This document shows, piece after piece, positions 50,254-59,733 of a DNA stretch of 64,000 bases. Position 1 is the first letter of the stretch. Every line of letters begins with the position of its first letter. Origin of the DNA: Acidobacteriota bacterium. GTDB lineage: Bacteria; Acidobacteriota; JAAYUB01. Under the pieces are notes generated by a model. It was not told where the DNA came from. It saw only the letters and a program-made list of their open reading frames with translations, and did no database searches. Both the position numbers and the translations under genes were made by a program. The stretch lies in assembly GCA_018001935.1 (NCBI GenBank), contig JAGNHB010000017.1:784-64783 (forward strand). Reading direction: 5' to 3'.

Positions 50254-53058
50254 ATGACCCAGGAAGAACCTCCGGGAAAAGACGCTGAACGCGCTCCCGG
50301 CCGCTCCGAACAAGTCGACGAGGCCCCCGGGCGACCCTTGGGGCACGGCCCGGGGAGCCTCGGACGACAGATGGACACCCGGGGAATGGACACCACGCCG
50401 GTCACGGGTTTTCACTTCGACGACGCACCGGAGGGCGCACCACCGGGCGCCCCCTCCCCCGAGGCCTCGGCCGCCGCCTTTTCCGCCGAGGCGCCGAACC
50501 CGGTTTTCCCCGAACCGGACCCGGAGTTCCCTCCCCTGCCGAACGTCCGCTACAACGGTTTCCTGGCGGAAGGCGGGATGGGGCGGCTTTTCCGGGCTTT
50601 CCACCTCGGGCTCTCCATGCCGGTGGCGGTCAAGGTATTAAAGCCCGAGGTGGCCTCCCCCGCCATGCTGGAACAGTTCATCGAGGAGGCCCGCATCGCG
50701 GCGAGGATCCGCCACGCTCACGTGGTGCGCGTGCTGGATTGCGGGATCTCCCAGGGGCGGCCTTTCATCGTCATGGAGTATGTCGAGGGGGAGTCGTCCG
50801 CGGACCTGGTGGAGCGGGAGGGCCCGCTTCCGTGGCAACGGGCCGCCCACATCGTCCGCTGCGTGGCCCGGGGGCTGTCGGTGCTTCACCAGGCTCAGAT
50901 CACGCACTGTGACATCAAACCCTCCAACATCCTTCTGGGGAAGGACGGGTCCGTGGTGCTGGCCGACTTCGGCCTCGCCCGCCGGAACCTCGGGGGGGAA
51001 GGCCCCCTCAAGCCGCGGACCCTGCTGGGGACGCTGCAATACATGGCCCCGGAGCAGGTCCGCAACCCGGGACACGCCGATGTCTCCTCCGACCTCTATT
51101 CCCTGGGGGCGAGTTTTTTCCACCTTCTGTCGGGGGACACGCCCTTCACGGGGTCGATCCTGAAAGTCCTCCAGGCCCTGATGACCGACCAGGCCCCCCC
51201 ACGGCTGGAGAGCCTGAAACCGGGTATCCCCCTGGCGCTCTGCGAGCTGACCCACCGGATGATCGACGTCAACCCCTCCCACCGCCCCGCCAGCGCGGCG
51301 GCCGTCGAACAGGAACTGGACCAGGTCCTCGCCCGGTGCGCCGCCCCCCGGGCCGCCCAGCGCTCCGGGGCCGCCCGGGGAGGCCTTCCGCGCCGTGCCG
51401 TCGACTTCGCCTTTCTCGGCTACGGGAGTTCCGCGGACCCTTGCGGGGACGGCATCCCCCGGCTCTACCTGGACGTGGGAAACTCCCTCGGACCGGGGGT
51501 GATCGACCAGCACCACCTGCTGGCGTACATGGGGTCCACCACTTCGCTGCTCCGGCAACATCCCGAGTTTGTCCGAGCCACCCTGAACCCCGGGGCCGTT
51601 CCGCCGGAGGTCTACACGATCCTGGTGCACCAGCAGCCGGACCTGGACTGCGTCTGCGCCGCCTTCCTGGCTGTCGGCCTCCTGTGCGACGGCGAACTGC
51701 CCGAGGGCGCCGAGGTCCTTTCCCACTACACCGACCGGGTGGACGCGGGGTATTCGGGCACGATCCCCGAGAACCCCTTCTCGCTGTACACGGCCTACGT
51801 GTACCTGAGCCACCGGTTGAGCCTCCGTGCGTGGCGTTGCCCTGAAGACGGCTGGTCCCGTCGCCTGGCGGAGGGGCTCGAACTGGTGGGGTACGCCCTT
51901 CGGGAGTCGCTCCGGGCGGGCGTTTCACTCTGGGAGGTGGACGCCTTCGGCTGCCCGGGGCTCTTCAGCGAAGTCGACCGGAAGGAGGTGCGGCGGGACC
52001 GCGACCGCTACGAGCGGAAGCTCGCCGACCCGGAGTGCAGGGCGCGGATGAGCCGACTCGCCCTGCCGGCCCTTTTCGGAAGCTCCCGGGAGATCGACGC
52101 GCTGATGATCCGCCGTGTCCAGGGGGCTTCGGACCCCGACCGGTGCATCTTCTTCAAGGACTGGGCGAGGTCCGACACCCGCCGGACCGAGACGGGGTTC
52201 ACGTTTCTCTCGGTCTACGAGCCCCTCTCCCCGACCCGCGGGCGGGCCATCCTCTCCGTGAAGCCCGAGAGCGGGCTGATCCTCCGGGGGCTCGGGGAGG
52301 CCCTGGACCGCTCCGAATCCGAGTTGCGCCGGAGCCGCGAAGGGCGGGACCCGCGGCTGGACAGCGCTCCCCGCCAGGGGTATTCGAACGCGGATCCCTG
52401 GTACGACGGGAGGGCCCACGTCTACACCATCGTCGACGCCCCGAGGGAAGGCACCGTCCTGTCGGCGGACGAGGTGGAGGCGCGGGTGCTGGAGTTCTCG
52501 GCCCACAGCGCCATCGGCCCCCGGGCCGCCTTACCCGGCCCGGACCAGCCCACCGCCGCCGTCACCGGGGAATCGGTCCGCTGGTACACCTTCCTGGCCC
52601 GGCAGTGGCGTTGGGAAATGGGGGAGCCCCCGGGCGACGCCGTCCCGTCCGTTCTCGTCTGGACCGTCCCGGACGGTGAGGCGTGGGCCCGGGAAAACCT
52701 GGTTCTGCCGCTCAGGGCGAGGCTCCCCGCGGCAGCGGGCCCCGAGGCCGTCCGGCTGTTCGCCGCGTCGGAGCCGCTGGGCGGGCCCTTGTTGGCGGAA
52801 TTGGCGCGCTGGATCGAGAGGTGCCGGGTGTTCCTCCCCGTCCTGGACGCGTCCTTTCTTTCCCGGGAGGACTGCCTGTGGGCCTTCCAGAGCGCCCTGA
52901 CCCGGGACCCGCGCGGCGAGAAGGGGATCGTCCGGCCCCTGTTCGCGGAGGGGACCGACCTTCCCCGGTGGTGTTCGGAGCTTCGCCGGGGGACGGCCAT
53001 CCCCGCCGCGTCCCCGCCGGCGCTGATCGAGGGGATCGTGCAGGCGTTCGGGCGATAG
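50254..53058 (+). CDS. Eukaryotic-like Ser/Thr protein kinase fused to an unknown ~450-aa middle region and a C-terminal TIR-like (flavodoxin-fold) domain
   Basis: The kinase has a GxGxxG-like GGMGRLF, VAVK, HCDIKPSNILL, DFGLAR and APE. The C-terminal 160 aa read SVLVWTVPDGE...RLFAASE...CRVFLPVLDASFLSREDCLWAFQSAL...IVRPLFAEG, which resembles a TIR beta-alpha pattern. RBS GGGGAGG before ATG at 50254. Confidence 0.8.
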   Translation: MTQEEPPGKDAERAPGRSEQVDEAPGRPLGHGPGSLGRQMDTRGMDTTPVTGFHFDDAPEGAPPGAPSPEASAAAFSAEAPNPVFPEPDPEFPPLPNVRYNGFLAEGGMGRLFRAFHLGLSMPVAVKVLKPEVASPAMLEQFIEEARIAARIRHAHVVRVLDCGISQGRPFIVMEYVEGESSADLVEREGPLPWQRAAHIVRCVARGLSVLHQAQITHCDIKPSNILLGKDGSVVLADFGLARRNLGGEGPLKPRTLLGTLQYMAPEQVRNPGHADVSSDLYSLGASFFHLLSGDTPFTGSILKVLQALMTDQAPPRLESLKPGIPLALCELTHRMIDVNPSHRPASAAAVEQELDQVLARCAAPRAAQRSGAARGGLPRRAVDFAFLGYGSSADPCGDGIPRLYLDVGNSLGPGVIDQHHLLAYMGSTTSLLRQHPEFVRATLNPGAVPPEVYTILVHQQPDLDCVCAAFLAVGLLCDGELPEGAEVLSHYTDRVDAGYSGTIPENPFSLYTAYVYLSHRLSLRAWRCPEDGWSRRLAEGLELVGYALRESLRAGVSLWEVDAFGCPGLFSEVDRKEVRRDRDRYERKLADPECRARMSRLALPALFGSSREIDALMIRRVQGASDPDRCIFFKDWARSDTRRTETGFTFLSVYEPLSPTRGRAILSVKPESGLILRGLGEALDRSESELRRSREGRDPRLDSAPRQGYSNADPWYDGRAHVYTIVDAPREGTVLSADEVEARVLEFSAHSAIGPRAALPGPDQPTAAVTGESVRWYTFLARQWRWEMGEPPGDAVPSVLVWTVPDGEAWARENLVLPLRARLPAAAGPEAVRLFAASEPLGGPLLAELARWIERCRVFLPVLDASFLSREDCLWAFQSALTRDPRGEKGIVRPLFAEGTDLPRWCSELRRGTAIPAASPPALIEGIVQAFGR

Positions 53059-53244
53059 GCGCTTTAGCAGCTGCGTTCTTACCAACATGTTGTCGTTTCC
53101 GGTTGCCTTCCCAGGCCACTGTTACCGGGCGAAGTCCCGGAAAAAGCGCAGGCCCTTCGAAGTGAGATCTTTGGCAAAATGAGCAAGATTTGAGATCGTC
53201 GGTGGGCTCCCACCGCTTTCGGAGCAGGGAAACCCGATGAGGGC

Positions 53245-53540
53245 ACGGAGGGAATCCCCACAGCGTCGCCAGGCAGTTCCCAGGGCTGAAATGCCCCGCT
53301 CGTGCCGATCCTGGTCCGGAATCGACGAGAAAAGTCTCTCGCCAAGACGCCAGGATGCAAAGCCTCGCAAAGGGATCCCCCTTTTCCGGTTCCGGCTTTG
53401 CGTCTTGGCGAGAGGTTGAGACCGCCTGTTTTTTATTTTCTGTTTTCTTCGTTCGTGTGGTTCGTGTGGTTCGTGGTTCTTTTCCCTTTCGTGTATTCCG
53501 TGTATTTCGTGGTTCCTTCTCCGGTTTATCCGGCTTGGGC
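53245..53540. repeat. Repeat family E copy 1: ~100-nt structured stem-loop (tctcgccaagacgc...gcgtcttggcgaga), U-tract, then 9-bp iteron-like direct repeats (ttcgtgtgg x3; cgtgtattc x2), directly upstream of gene start 53557
   Basis: A homologous copy lies at 60657..60940 and a partial copy at 55195..55245. Each sits immediately 5' of a + strand gene. Confidence 0.7.
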
Positions 53541-53556
53541 ATCCCAGGAGGTCCCC

Positions 53557-54492
53557 GTGAAAGAGCGCTACATTCGCGAGATCCTGTCGGGTTTTCCCTA
53601 CCCGATCACCGCCTACTTCACGAAGCTGGGGACGGACGAGTGCCTGGACCCCGGCCCGCTGCGGCTGAAGTACCTGCTGGCCACGGGGGAGGCGGTGGGG
53701 CGGTTCCTGGGGGTGGTGGTCCTGGCCGAGGTGCGGGACCGTCTGGAGGAGCCGGGGGCGCCGTCGCTGCCGGCGTCCCTGGTGTCGGACTTCGCGAAGC
53801 GGTACCGGTCGCCCTCGTGGGGGAACTGGCTGCACTTCGCCCGGGAGGGGCTCAAGTGGCTGAGCCTGGGCGGAGTGAGCCTGGTGATGCCGGAGCTGAC
53901 GGGGTTTTACTTCGGGAAGTTCCCGGCGGAGAGCGAGGCGGCGGAAGCGCTGGGGAAGATGCTGACGCTGCGGAACGGGCTGAGCCACGAGCGGATCCGG
54001 GCGATGACGGGGCGGGAGTTCCAGGGGCTGTGCGAGGAGGCGGAGCCGCTGCTGGAGGCCGTGCTGACGGCGCTCGCGTTCCTGCCGGACCACGAACTGG
54101 TGTTCGTGAGCCGGATCGAGGTGACGAAGCGGCGGCGGACGCCGGCGTCGTTTTTGCACCGGCTGAGCCGGATCGTGGGGGACTCGTCGGACTTCCGGGG
54201 GGACCGGAAGACGCTGCCGCGGTACCTGGACCCGGGGTGCATCCTGCTGGAGGGGGAGGGGGAACGGCTGCTGAACCTGGACCCGTTCCTGGTGTACGAG
54301 CCGTCGGCGGGGAAGGCGCCGGACGTGTTCTTCTACGACGGGTTCAAGCGGGCGGGGAGCGCGGAGTACGTGGCGTGCAACCACGGGGGGGGCTTCGGGA
54401 GCGCGGCGGCGGAACGGGGCGGCGAACTGTGGGAGGAGGCGGCGTACCTGCTGCGGCTGGTGACGGGCGAAGCGCCCGGCCAGGGGGCGTGA
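53557..54492 (+). CDS. Hypothetical protein (no recognisable domain) boxed in by inverted iteron blocks
   Basis: 312 aa with a GTG start after AGGAGG. Strong GC3 bias. No catalytic motif recognised. Confidence 0.55.
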   Translation: MKERYIREILSGFPYPITAYFTKLGTDECLDPGPLRLKYLLATGEAVGRFLGVVVLAEVRDRLEEPGAPSLPASLVSDFAKRYRSPSWGNWLHFAREGLKWLSLGGVSLVMPELTGFYFGKFPAESEAAEALGKMLTLRNGLSHERIRAMTGREFQGLCEEAEPLLEAVLTALAFLPDHELVFVSRIEVTKRRRTPASFLHRLSRIVGDSSDFRGDRKTLPRYLDPGCILLEGEGERLLNLDPFLVYEPSAGKAPDVFFYDGFKRAGSAEYVACNHGGGFGSAAAERGGELWEEAAYLLRLVTGEAPGQGA

Positions 54493-54600
54493 GGGTGCCG
54501 GGAGGACTCGGATTGAACCACGAAATACACGGAATACACGAAATGAAAAACAGCATCTTCTGCACGGTTTACGCATATTGTTTGGTCTGTCCTGTGAAAT

Positions 54601-55020
54601 ATGGCATATTTCACTCGACAAATCGGGCAAATCAGGAAGCAGATGAATAAAGAGCATTTAATAGAAGCGCTTACGGAATGGAACTTCTGGAAACGGCCGT
54701 TTCCCCCGACCCTGAATCGCCCGGCTTATGAAACGGAATTGACCCGGAAAGCGTCCGCCGGGGAAATCGTGGTCCTCAAGGGAGTCCGTCGGAGTGGAAA
54801 ATCCACCCTCCTGATCAACACGATCAAGTCTCTGCAGGCGGGCGGGACCCCACCCGAGGAGATCCTCTACGTGAACCTCGAGGACCCGCGGTTTTCCGGT
54901 GACCTGCGGCCGGAATTCCTCCAGGAGATCAAGGACACCTTTCTGGAATACCTTGCTCCCCGGCGAAACCCCTGGATCTTTCTCGACGAGATCCAGAATG
55001 TCGCGGGGGTTGAAAAGTGA
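54601..55020 (+). pseudogene. Truncated AAA_14/DUF4143-family ATPase (N-terminal 139 aa only); paralogue of 61058..62329
   Basis: Walker A GVRRSGKST and Walker B IFLDEIQNV are present. It ends at VEK-stop where the full-length paralogue continues for ~280 aa. A 21-bp perfect palindrome gtgaaatatggcatatttcac overlaps the ATG. Confidence 0.6.
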
Positions 55021-55261
55021 CTGGCAAAGGAACACGACCTGGGCGGGGGAGGCGCGGTGGAACTGCTGATCCTGGCTCCGGATCGGGAGGAGGTCATCCC
55101 GGTCAACGGGCGGCAGGTCCGGGTCCGAAACCTCCTGAACTGGCTGTTGGAGGCCCAGGCATGAAGAGCATTGAACAGCCGGAACCTCGGAGCCCTTGGC
55201 GAGGCTTTGCGTCTTCGCGCCTTGGCGAGAGGCTTATAACATCGACCGATCGAGGTGAGCC

Positions 55262-58200
55262 ATGACTGAACCCGAACGCCCGGACGGTCCCGAGTCTTTG
55301 GACGACCTTTTCGGCCCGGTGAAGGAAGCCGCGGCGTTAGGGCGGAAGCCCTTCAAGTTCCTCGACCCCTACGGTCCCGAGGACGCCGACCTGTTCTTCG
55401 GGCGGGACCCGGAGATCCGGGAGGTCTACGCACGCTACTACGGGAGCCGGCTGCTGCTGGTGTACGGGGAGTCGGGGGCGGGGAAGACCTCGCTGCTGCA
55501 GTGCGGGCTGCGGGGGCGGGTGCCGCCGGAGGAGGCGCTGTTCGTGCCCTTCCGCTCGGGGGAGGACCCGCTCGAATCCCTCCGGCGGGAAGTGCTGCGC
55601 CGCGTGGCGTTCCCCGACGGGGCGCCGGAAGACGACCTGGAGCTGCTGCGGGAGGCGGCGTTCCGGAAGCGCAAGACCCTGGCGCTGGTGTTCGACCAGA
55701 TGGAGGAGTGCTTCCTCTTCGCGCCGAAGGCGGCGCGGGAGCGCTTCGCGAAGGCCCTGGCGGCCTGGATGGCGGCGGGGGTGAACGTCAGGGTGGTGCT
55801 GTCCATCCGGGAGGAGTACCTGGCGCGGCTGGGGGAGTGGGAACCGCTGCTGCCCGAGCTGTACCGGAACCGGCTGTGGGTGCGGCGGGTGGACTTCGGG
55901 GACGTGAAGGAGCTGGTGGAGGGCCCGTGCCGGGCGGTGGGGGTGCCGGTGGAGCCGGACCTGACGGCGGCCGTCACGCGCCTCTTCGAGCGGGAGGCGC
56001 GGGGGGTGGACCTGCCCACGTTCCAGGTGCTCATGGACCGGCTGTACGACGAAGCCTCCACGCGCGGCGAGACGCCGGTGGCCCTGAAGGCGGCGGACCT
56101 CGAGCGCGTGGGCGGCCTGGAGGACGTCCTGGCGGCGTTCCTGGAGCGGGCGGCGTCGGAGCTGCCCGACCCGGCGGCGGGGCGGGAGCTGCTCAAGGCC
56201 ATGGTGTCGGCGGAGGGGACGAAGCTCCGGGCCGGGGCGGAGGCGCTGGCAGCGGGGGCCGGCCTGGACCCGGCGGCGGCGGTCCCGCTGCTGGCGTCCC
56301 TCGAAACCGCGCGGGTGGTGCGCCGGCTGCCGGAGGGTGAGGAGTGGGAGCTGCGGCACGACCGCCTGGCGAAGGTGGTGTTCGGCTGGCTGTCGGAGAC
56401 GGAGAAGGACCTGCTGGAAGCGCGGCGGATGGTGGAGGGGCGTCTGAAGGACTACCAGTCCCGGGGCCTGCTGCTGGACACGGCGGCGCTGAAGGCGATC
56501 GTGCCCTTCGAGAAACCCCTCTCGCGGCACCCGGCCACGGCGGAGCTGATCCGGAAGAGCCGTGAGCACCTCGCGGCCCTCTCCCGCCGCCGGAAGCGCC
56601 TCGTCGCCGAGGTCACGGGCATCGCCTTCCTGGTGCTGGCGCTCTTCACCGTCTGGAACGTCCGCGAGCGCCGCGCGGCGGAACGGGAACGCGATCGGGC
56701 GGAGCAGATGGCTGCCGAGGTTCGGGCAAGCGAGGCGAAAACCACACAAGCCTTCGCTCTTTCCCTCTTCCACCGGATGGAAATCGCCTTGGAAAAAGGC
56801 CGGCGAAACGAGGTCATCTCCCTCCTCGTGGGGGCCATACGGCTATCACGCGCCAATGGGCTTTATCTGGACCGGCTCGTGAATCAATTGACGGTTGTCG
56901 GTATCGCCCTGCCCGTTTCTCCACCCCTGCGTCATTCGGACGAGGTTTGGTACGTCGCCTTCAGCCCCGACGGATCAAGAGTGGCTACGGGATCTGCGGA
57001 CAAGACTGGCCTAGTATGGGATGCGCGGACAGGGGTTGCGTTGACGCCTCCGTTACAGCATGGAGGTCCCGTCAGCGGAGTAGCCTTCAGCCCGGATGGA
57101 GCCAGAGTGGCCACGTCTTCATGGGATGGCACTGCGCGGGTATGGGATGCGCGGACAGGAGCGGCCTTGACAGCCCCGCTTCGCCACGAGAAAGCCGTCG
57201 ACCGGTGTATCACCTTCAGCCCGGATGGAACCCGCCTGGCGACCGGTTCCATGGATAATACCGCTAGGGTCTGGTGTTCACAAACGGGGAAAGCGATTAC
57301 CCCTTCGCTGAAACACGGGGGGCTGGTCTTTGCACTTGCATTCAACCGGGACGGCACAAGGCTGGCAACGGCTTCTTTCGACAAGACCTCCCGCGTGTGG
57401 AATGCCCTGACAGGAGAACCGGTTACGGCTCCGCTAAAGCATGATGACGAGGTTGTGGACGTCGCGTTCAGCCCAGATGGAACCAGGGTGGCAACCGCGT
57501 CGCTTGATAAAACAGTCCGGATCTGGGATGCACGGACTGGCGCGGCGGTGACGGCCCCGCTGATGCATGAAAACAAGGTCTGGAAGGTCGTGTTCAGCCC
57601 GAATGGGAAGCAGGTCTTTTCTTTCACCGACACTTCGACGTATATCTGGAATGCCCAAACAGGTGAGTCGATTGAAATTCCCTTCAGAGATCATCAATGG
57701 AGTTGTGTGGCATTCAGCCCTGATTTGACGAGGGTCCTTTCACAGAATCCGAATTGCGCACGCGTGAAGGACATACGAACGGGAGCCACGGTCACGGAAT
57801 TCATGCAACACAACGCAACCCTCTTGCTGGGGATTTTTAGCCCGGACGGGCAGTGTGCTGCCACGTATTCCAGGGATCAGACGGCTCGCATCTGGGACGC
57901 CCGCGGGAGAGGGGCCCTGCCGATTCCTTTGAATCTTGAGAATCGAGGAACCTGTGCTGCCTTCAGCCCGGACGGGACACGATTGGCGGCGCCAAGCGGA
58001 GATCGTGGGGTAAGGCTTTGGGACACAAAATCCGGAGGGGAGATTCTGCCCTCACTCAGGCCTGAAGGCAAGATAGGTTATATCGGTTTCGACCCGAGAG
58101 GGCTTCGGGTGGCCACCGTGTCCGATGTTGCGGCGCAGCTCTGGGATGCCCGGACAGGGCAACCGCTGTGCGCACCCTTGAGGCTTTCCACCACCATCCG

Positions 58201-59191
58201 CGCGTTTGCCTTCAGCCCGGACTGGGGATGTCTGGCCATGGCCTCCACGGACAGAACCGTCCAAATCTGGGAAACACGAACAGGATCGGCATTGAAAGCC
58301 CCCCTTCGATGCGACGGCGATATCCTGGACCTGGCTTTCCACGCGGACGGAACTCGATTGGTCGTGCTGTGTGGGGATCGCACAACCTGGCTTTGGAATT
58401 TCCGGAAAAGGACCTTTGAAAAGGTCACGCTGCGGTGTGGGGAAAAGTGTGACATATACCTGAGTCCTGAGGGGACGAAAATCGCCTCACGATCCGAAAA
58501 TCAAAGTGTAGTGCGGGTCTGGGATGCCCGGACAGGTTTGGCATTGACGCCACCGCTGAAGCACGAGGCTCCAGTCAAGTTCATTACTTTCAGCTTGGAT
58601 GGGACTCTGCTAGCCACTGGATCTTTATGGATAGTGCATCTTTGGGACCTGCGTACCGGCGCGGCAACAGCAAAGCTAATTCATGAAGGAATGGTCGAGG
58701 GAGACGCTTTCGTCCCTGTCATCAACGCAAGCTTCAGCCAAGATGGCACGCGATTGATTACGGAAACAAAAGACCGAGCCGTCCGGATCTGGGATGTCAA
58801 AGCGGGGGCGATGGCCACCGAACCGCTCCAGCATGACGAGCCTGTACACTTTGCTATTTTCAGTCCTGACGGGAAGCGGGTGGCCACGATGTCAGGCGAC
58901 CACACCCTGTTGGTCTGGGACCTCGGGCTCGGGCTTCGGAACCCGCCCGACTGGTTCTTGAGCCTGGCCGAAGGGTTGGCGGGGTTGCGGTTAGACGATT
59001 CGGGCAACTTGATCCCCGTGATCGATTCCTGGGACCGTCTCCAAAAAGCCCGGGCAATCGCTGCGACAGGAGATCCAACAGATCCGTGGATTCACTGGGC
59101 GCGCTGGTTCCTGGCCGACTGCGACACGCGCACTGTCTCCCCTTCCTCCGACGCCACCGCAGCGCAATACCGCGCCCTCCACCCCCGGTGA
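55262..59191 (+). CDS. STAND-type P-loop NTPase - helical region - single TM helix - ~14 WD40 repeats (1309 aa)
   Basis: Walker A LVYGESGAGKTSLL and Walker B LALVFDQMEE. A TM helix IAFLVLALFTVWNV at ~aa 455. Repeated motifs VAFSPDG.R.AT.S.D.T.R.WDA.TG from there to the C-terminus. Confidence 0.85.
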   Translation: MTEPERPDGPESLDDLFGPVKEAAALGRKPFKFLDPYGPEDADLFFGRDPEIREVYARYYGSRLLLVYGESGAGKTSLLQCGLRGRVPPEEALFVPFRSGEDPLESLRREVLRRVAFPDGAPEDDLELLREAAFRKRKTLALVFDQMEECFLFAPKAARERFAKALAAWMAAGVNVRVVLSIREEYLARLGEWEPLLPELYRNRLWVRRVDFGDVKELVEGPCRAVGVPVEPDLTAAVTRLFEREARGVDLPTFQVLMDRLYDEASTRGETPVALKAADLERVGGLEDVLAAFLERAASELPDPAAGRELLKAMVSAEGTKLRAGAEALAAGAGLDPAAAVPLLASLETARVVRRLPEGEEWELRHDRLAKVVFGWLSETEKDLLEARRMVEGRLKDYQSRGLLLDTAALKAIVPFEKPLSRHPATAELIRKSREHLAALSRRRKRLVAEVTGIAFLVLALFTVWNVRERRAAERERDRAEQMAAEVRASEAKTTQAFALSLFHRMEIALEKGRRNEVISLLVGAIRLSRANGLYLDRLVNQLTVVGIALPVSPPLRHSDEVWYVAFSPDGSRVATGSADKTGLVWDARTGVALTPPLQHGGPVSGVAFSPDGARVATSSWDGTARVWDARTGAALTAPLRHEKAVDRCITFSPDGTRLATGSMDNTARVWCSQTGKAITPSLKHGGLVFALAFNRDGTRLATASFDKTSRVWNALTGEPVTAPLKHDDEVVDVAFSPDGTRVATASLDKTVRIWDARTGAAVTAPLMHENKVWKVVFSPNGKQVFSFTDTSTYIWNAQTGESIEIPFRDHQWSCVAFSPDLTRVLSQNPNCARVKDIRTGATVTEFMQHNATLLLGIFSPDGQCAATYSRDQTARIWDARGRGALPIPLNLENRGTCAAFSPDGTRLAAPSGDRGVRLWDTKSGGEILPSLRPEGKIGYIGFDPRGLRVATVSDVAAQLWDARTGQPLCAPLRLSTTIRAFAFSPDWGCLAMASTDRTVQIWETRTGSALKAPLRCDGDILDLAFHADGTRLVVLCGDRTTWLWNFRKRTFEKVTLRCGEKCDIYLSPEGTKIASRSENQSVVRVWDARTGLALTPPLKHEAPVKFITFSLDGTLLATGSLWIVHLWDLRTGAATAKLIHEGMVEGDAFVPVINASFSQDGTRLITETKDRAVRIWDVKAGAMATEPLQHDEPVHFAIFSPDGKRVATMSGDHTLLVWDLGLGLRNPPDWFLSLAEGLAGLRLDDSGNLIPVIDSWDRLQKARAIAATGDPTDPWIHWARWFLADCDTRTVSPSSDATAAQYRALHPR

Positions 59192-59733
59192 ATTTAATGA
59201 AAAGCAATTTTTTCTTCGGGAGTTACGAATATTGTTCGATCTTTCCTGAGAAAATAGCATATTTGATGCCCTCGTAAAAAGACACGCGGTGCAGGGGAGG
59301 GTTGGAAGCAAATTTCGGGCTTAGTGAAAGCGAAAATCGGTCAGACCCCGGTTTTTCCCTGTCAGCAACAGTAAATTTTTAAGCCATCAGCAACGATGTA
59401 GGACCAGGCCAATTGGAACTAGCCCCATCCGTGGGGAGGTGGTAATAAACTCTATACAACGTTTCAGCTGCCCTTCTAAAAGCTCTCTTACTGTCTCTTC
59501 TCGATGACCTAATTCAATACCGCTGCTTTGGCCTCATTCCTGACCGCTGCTGACAGTTTTTCCCGAACGACCCCCTGAAAAACGAGACGATCGTCCCCCG
59601 CGCGACGAAAAAGGAGACGAAGAAGGGCGAATCAGCCGTAGCAAGCGTCCCAGCGGCCTGCCCGGCTTCCTATTCCGCATAGGTTTTACGCGAGGCTTCC
59701 ACCAGTCGGGTCGCCCGGACTGCCACCCCCCGG

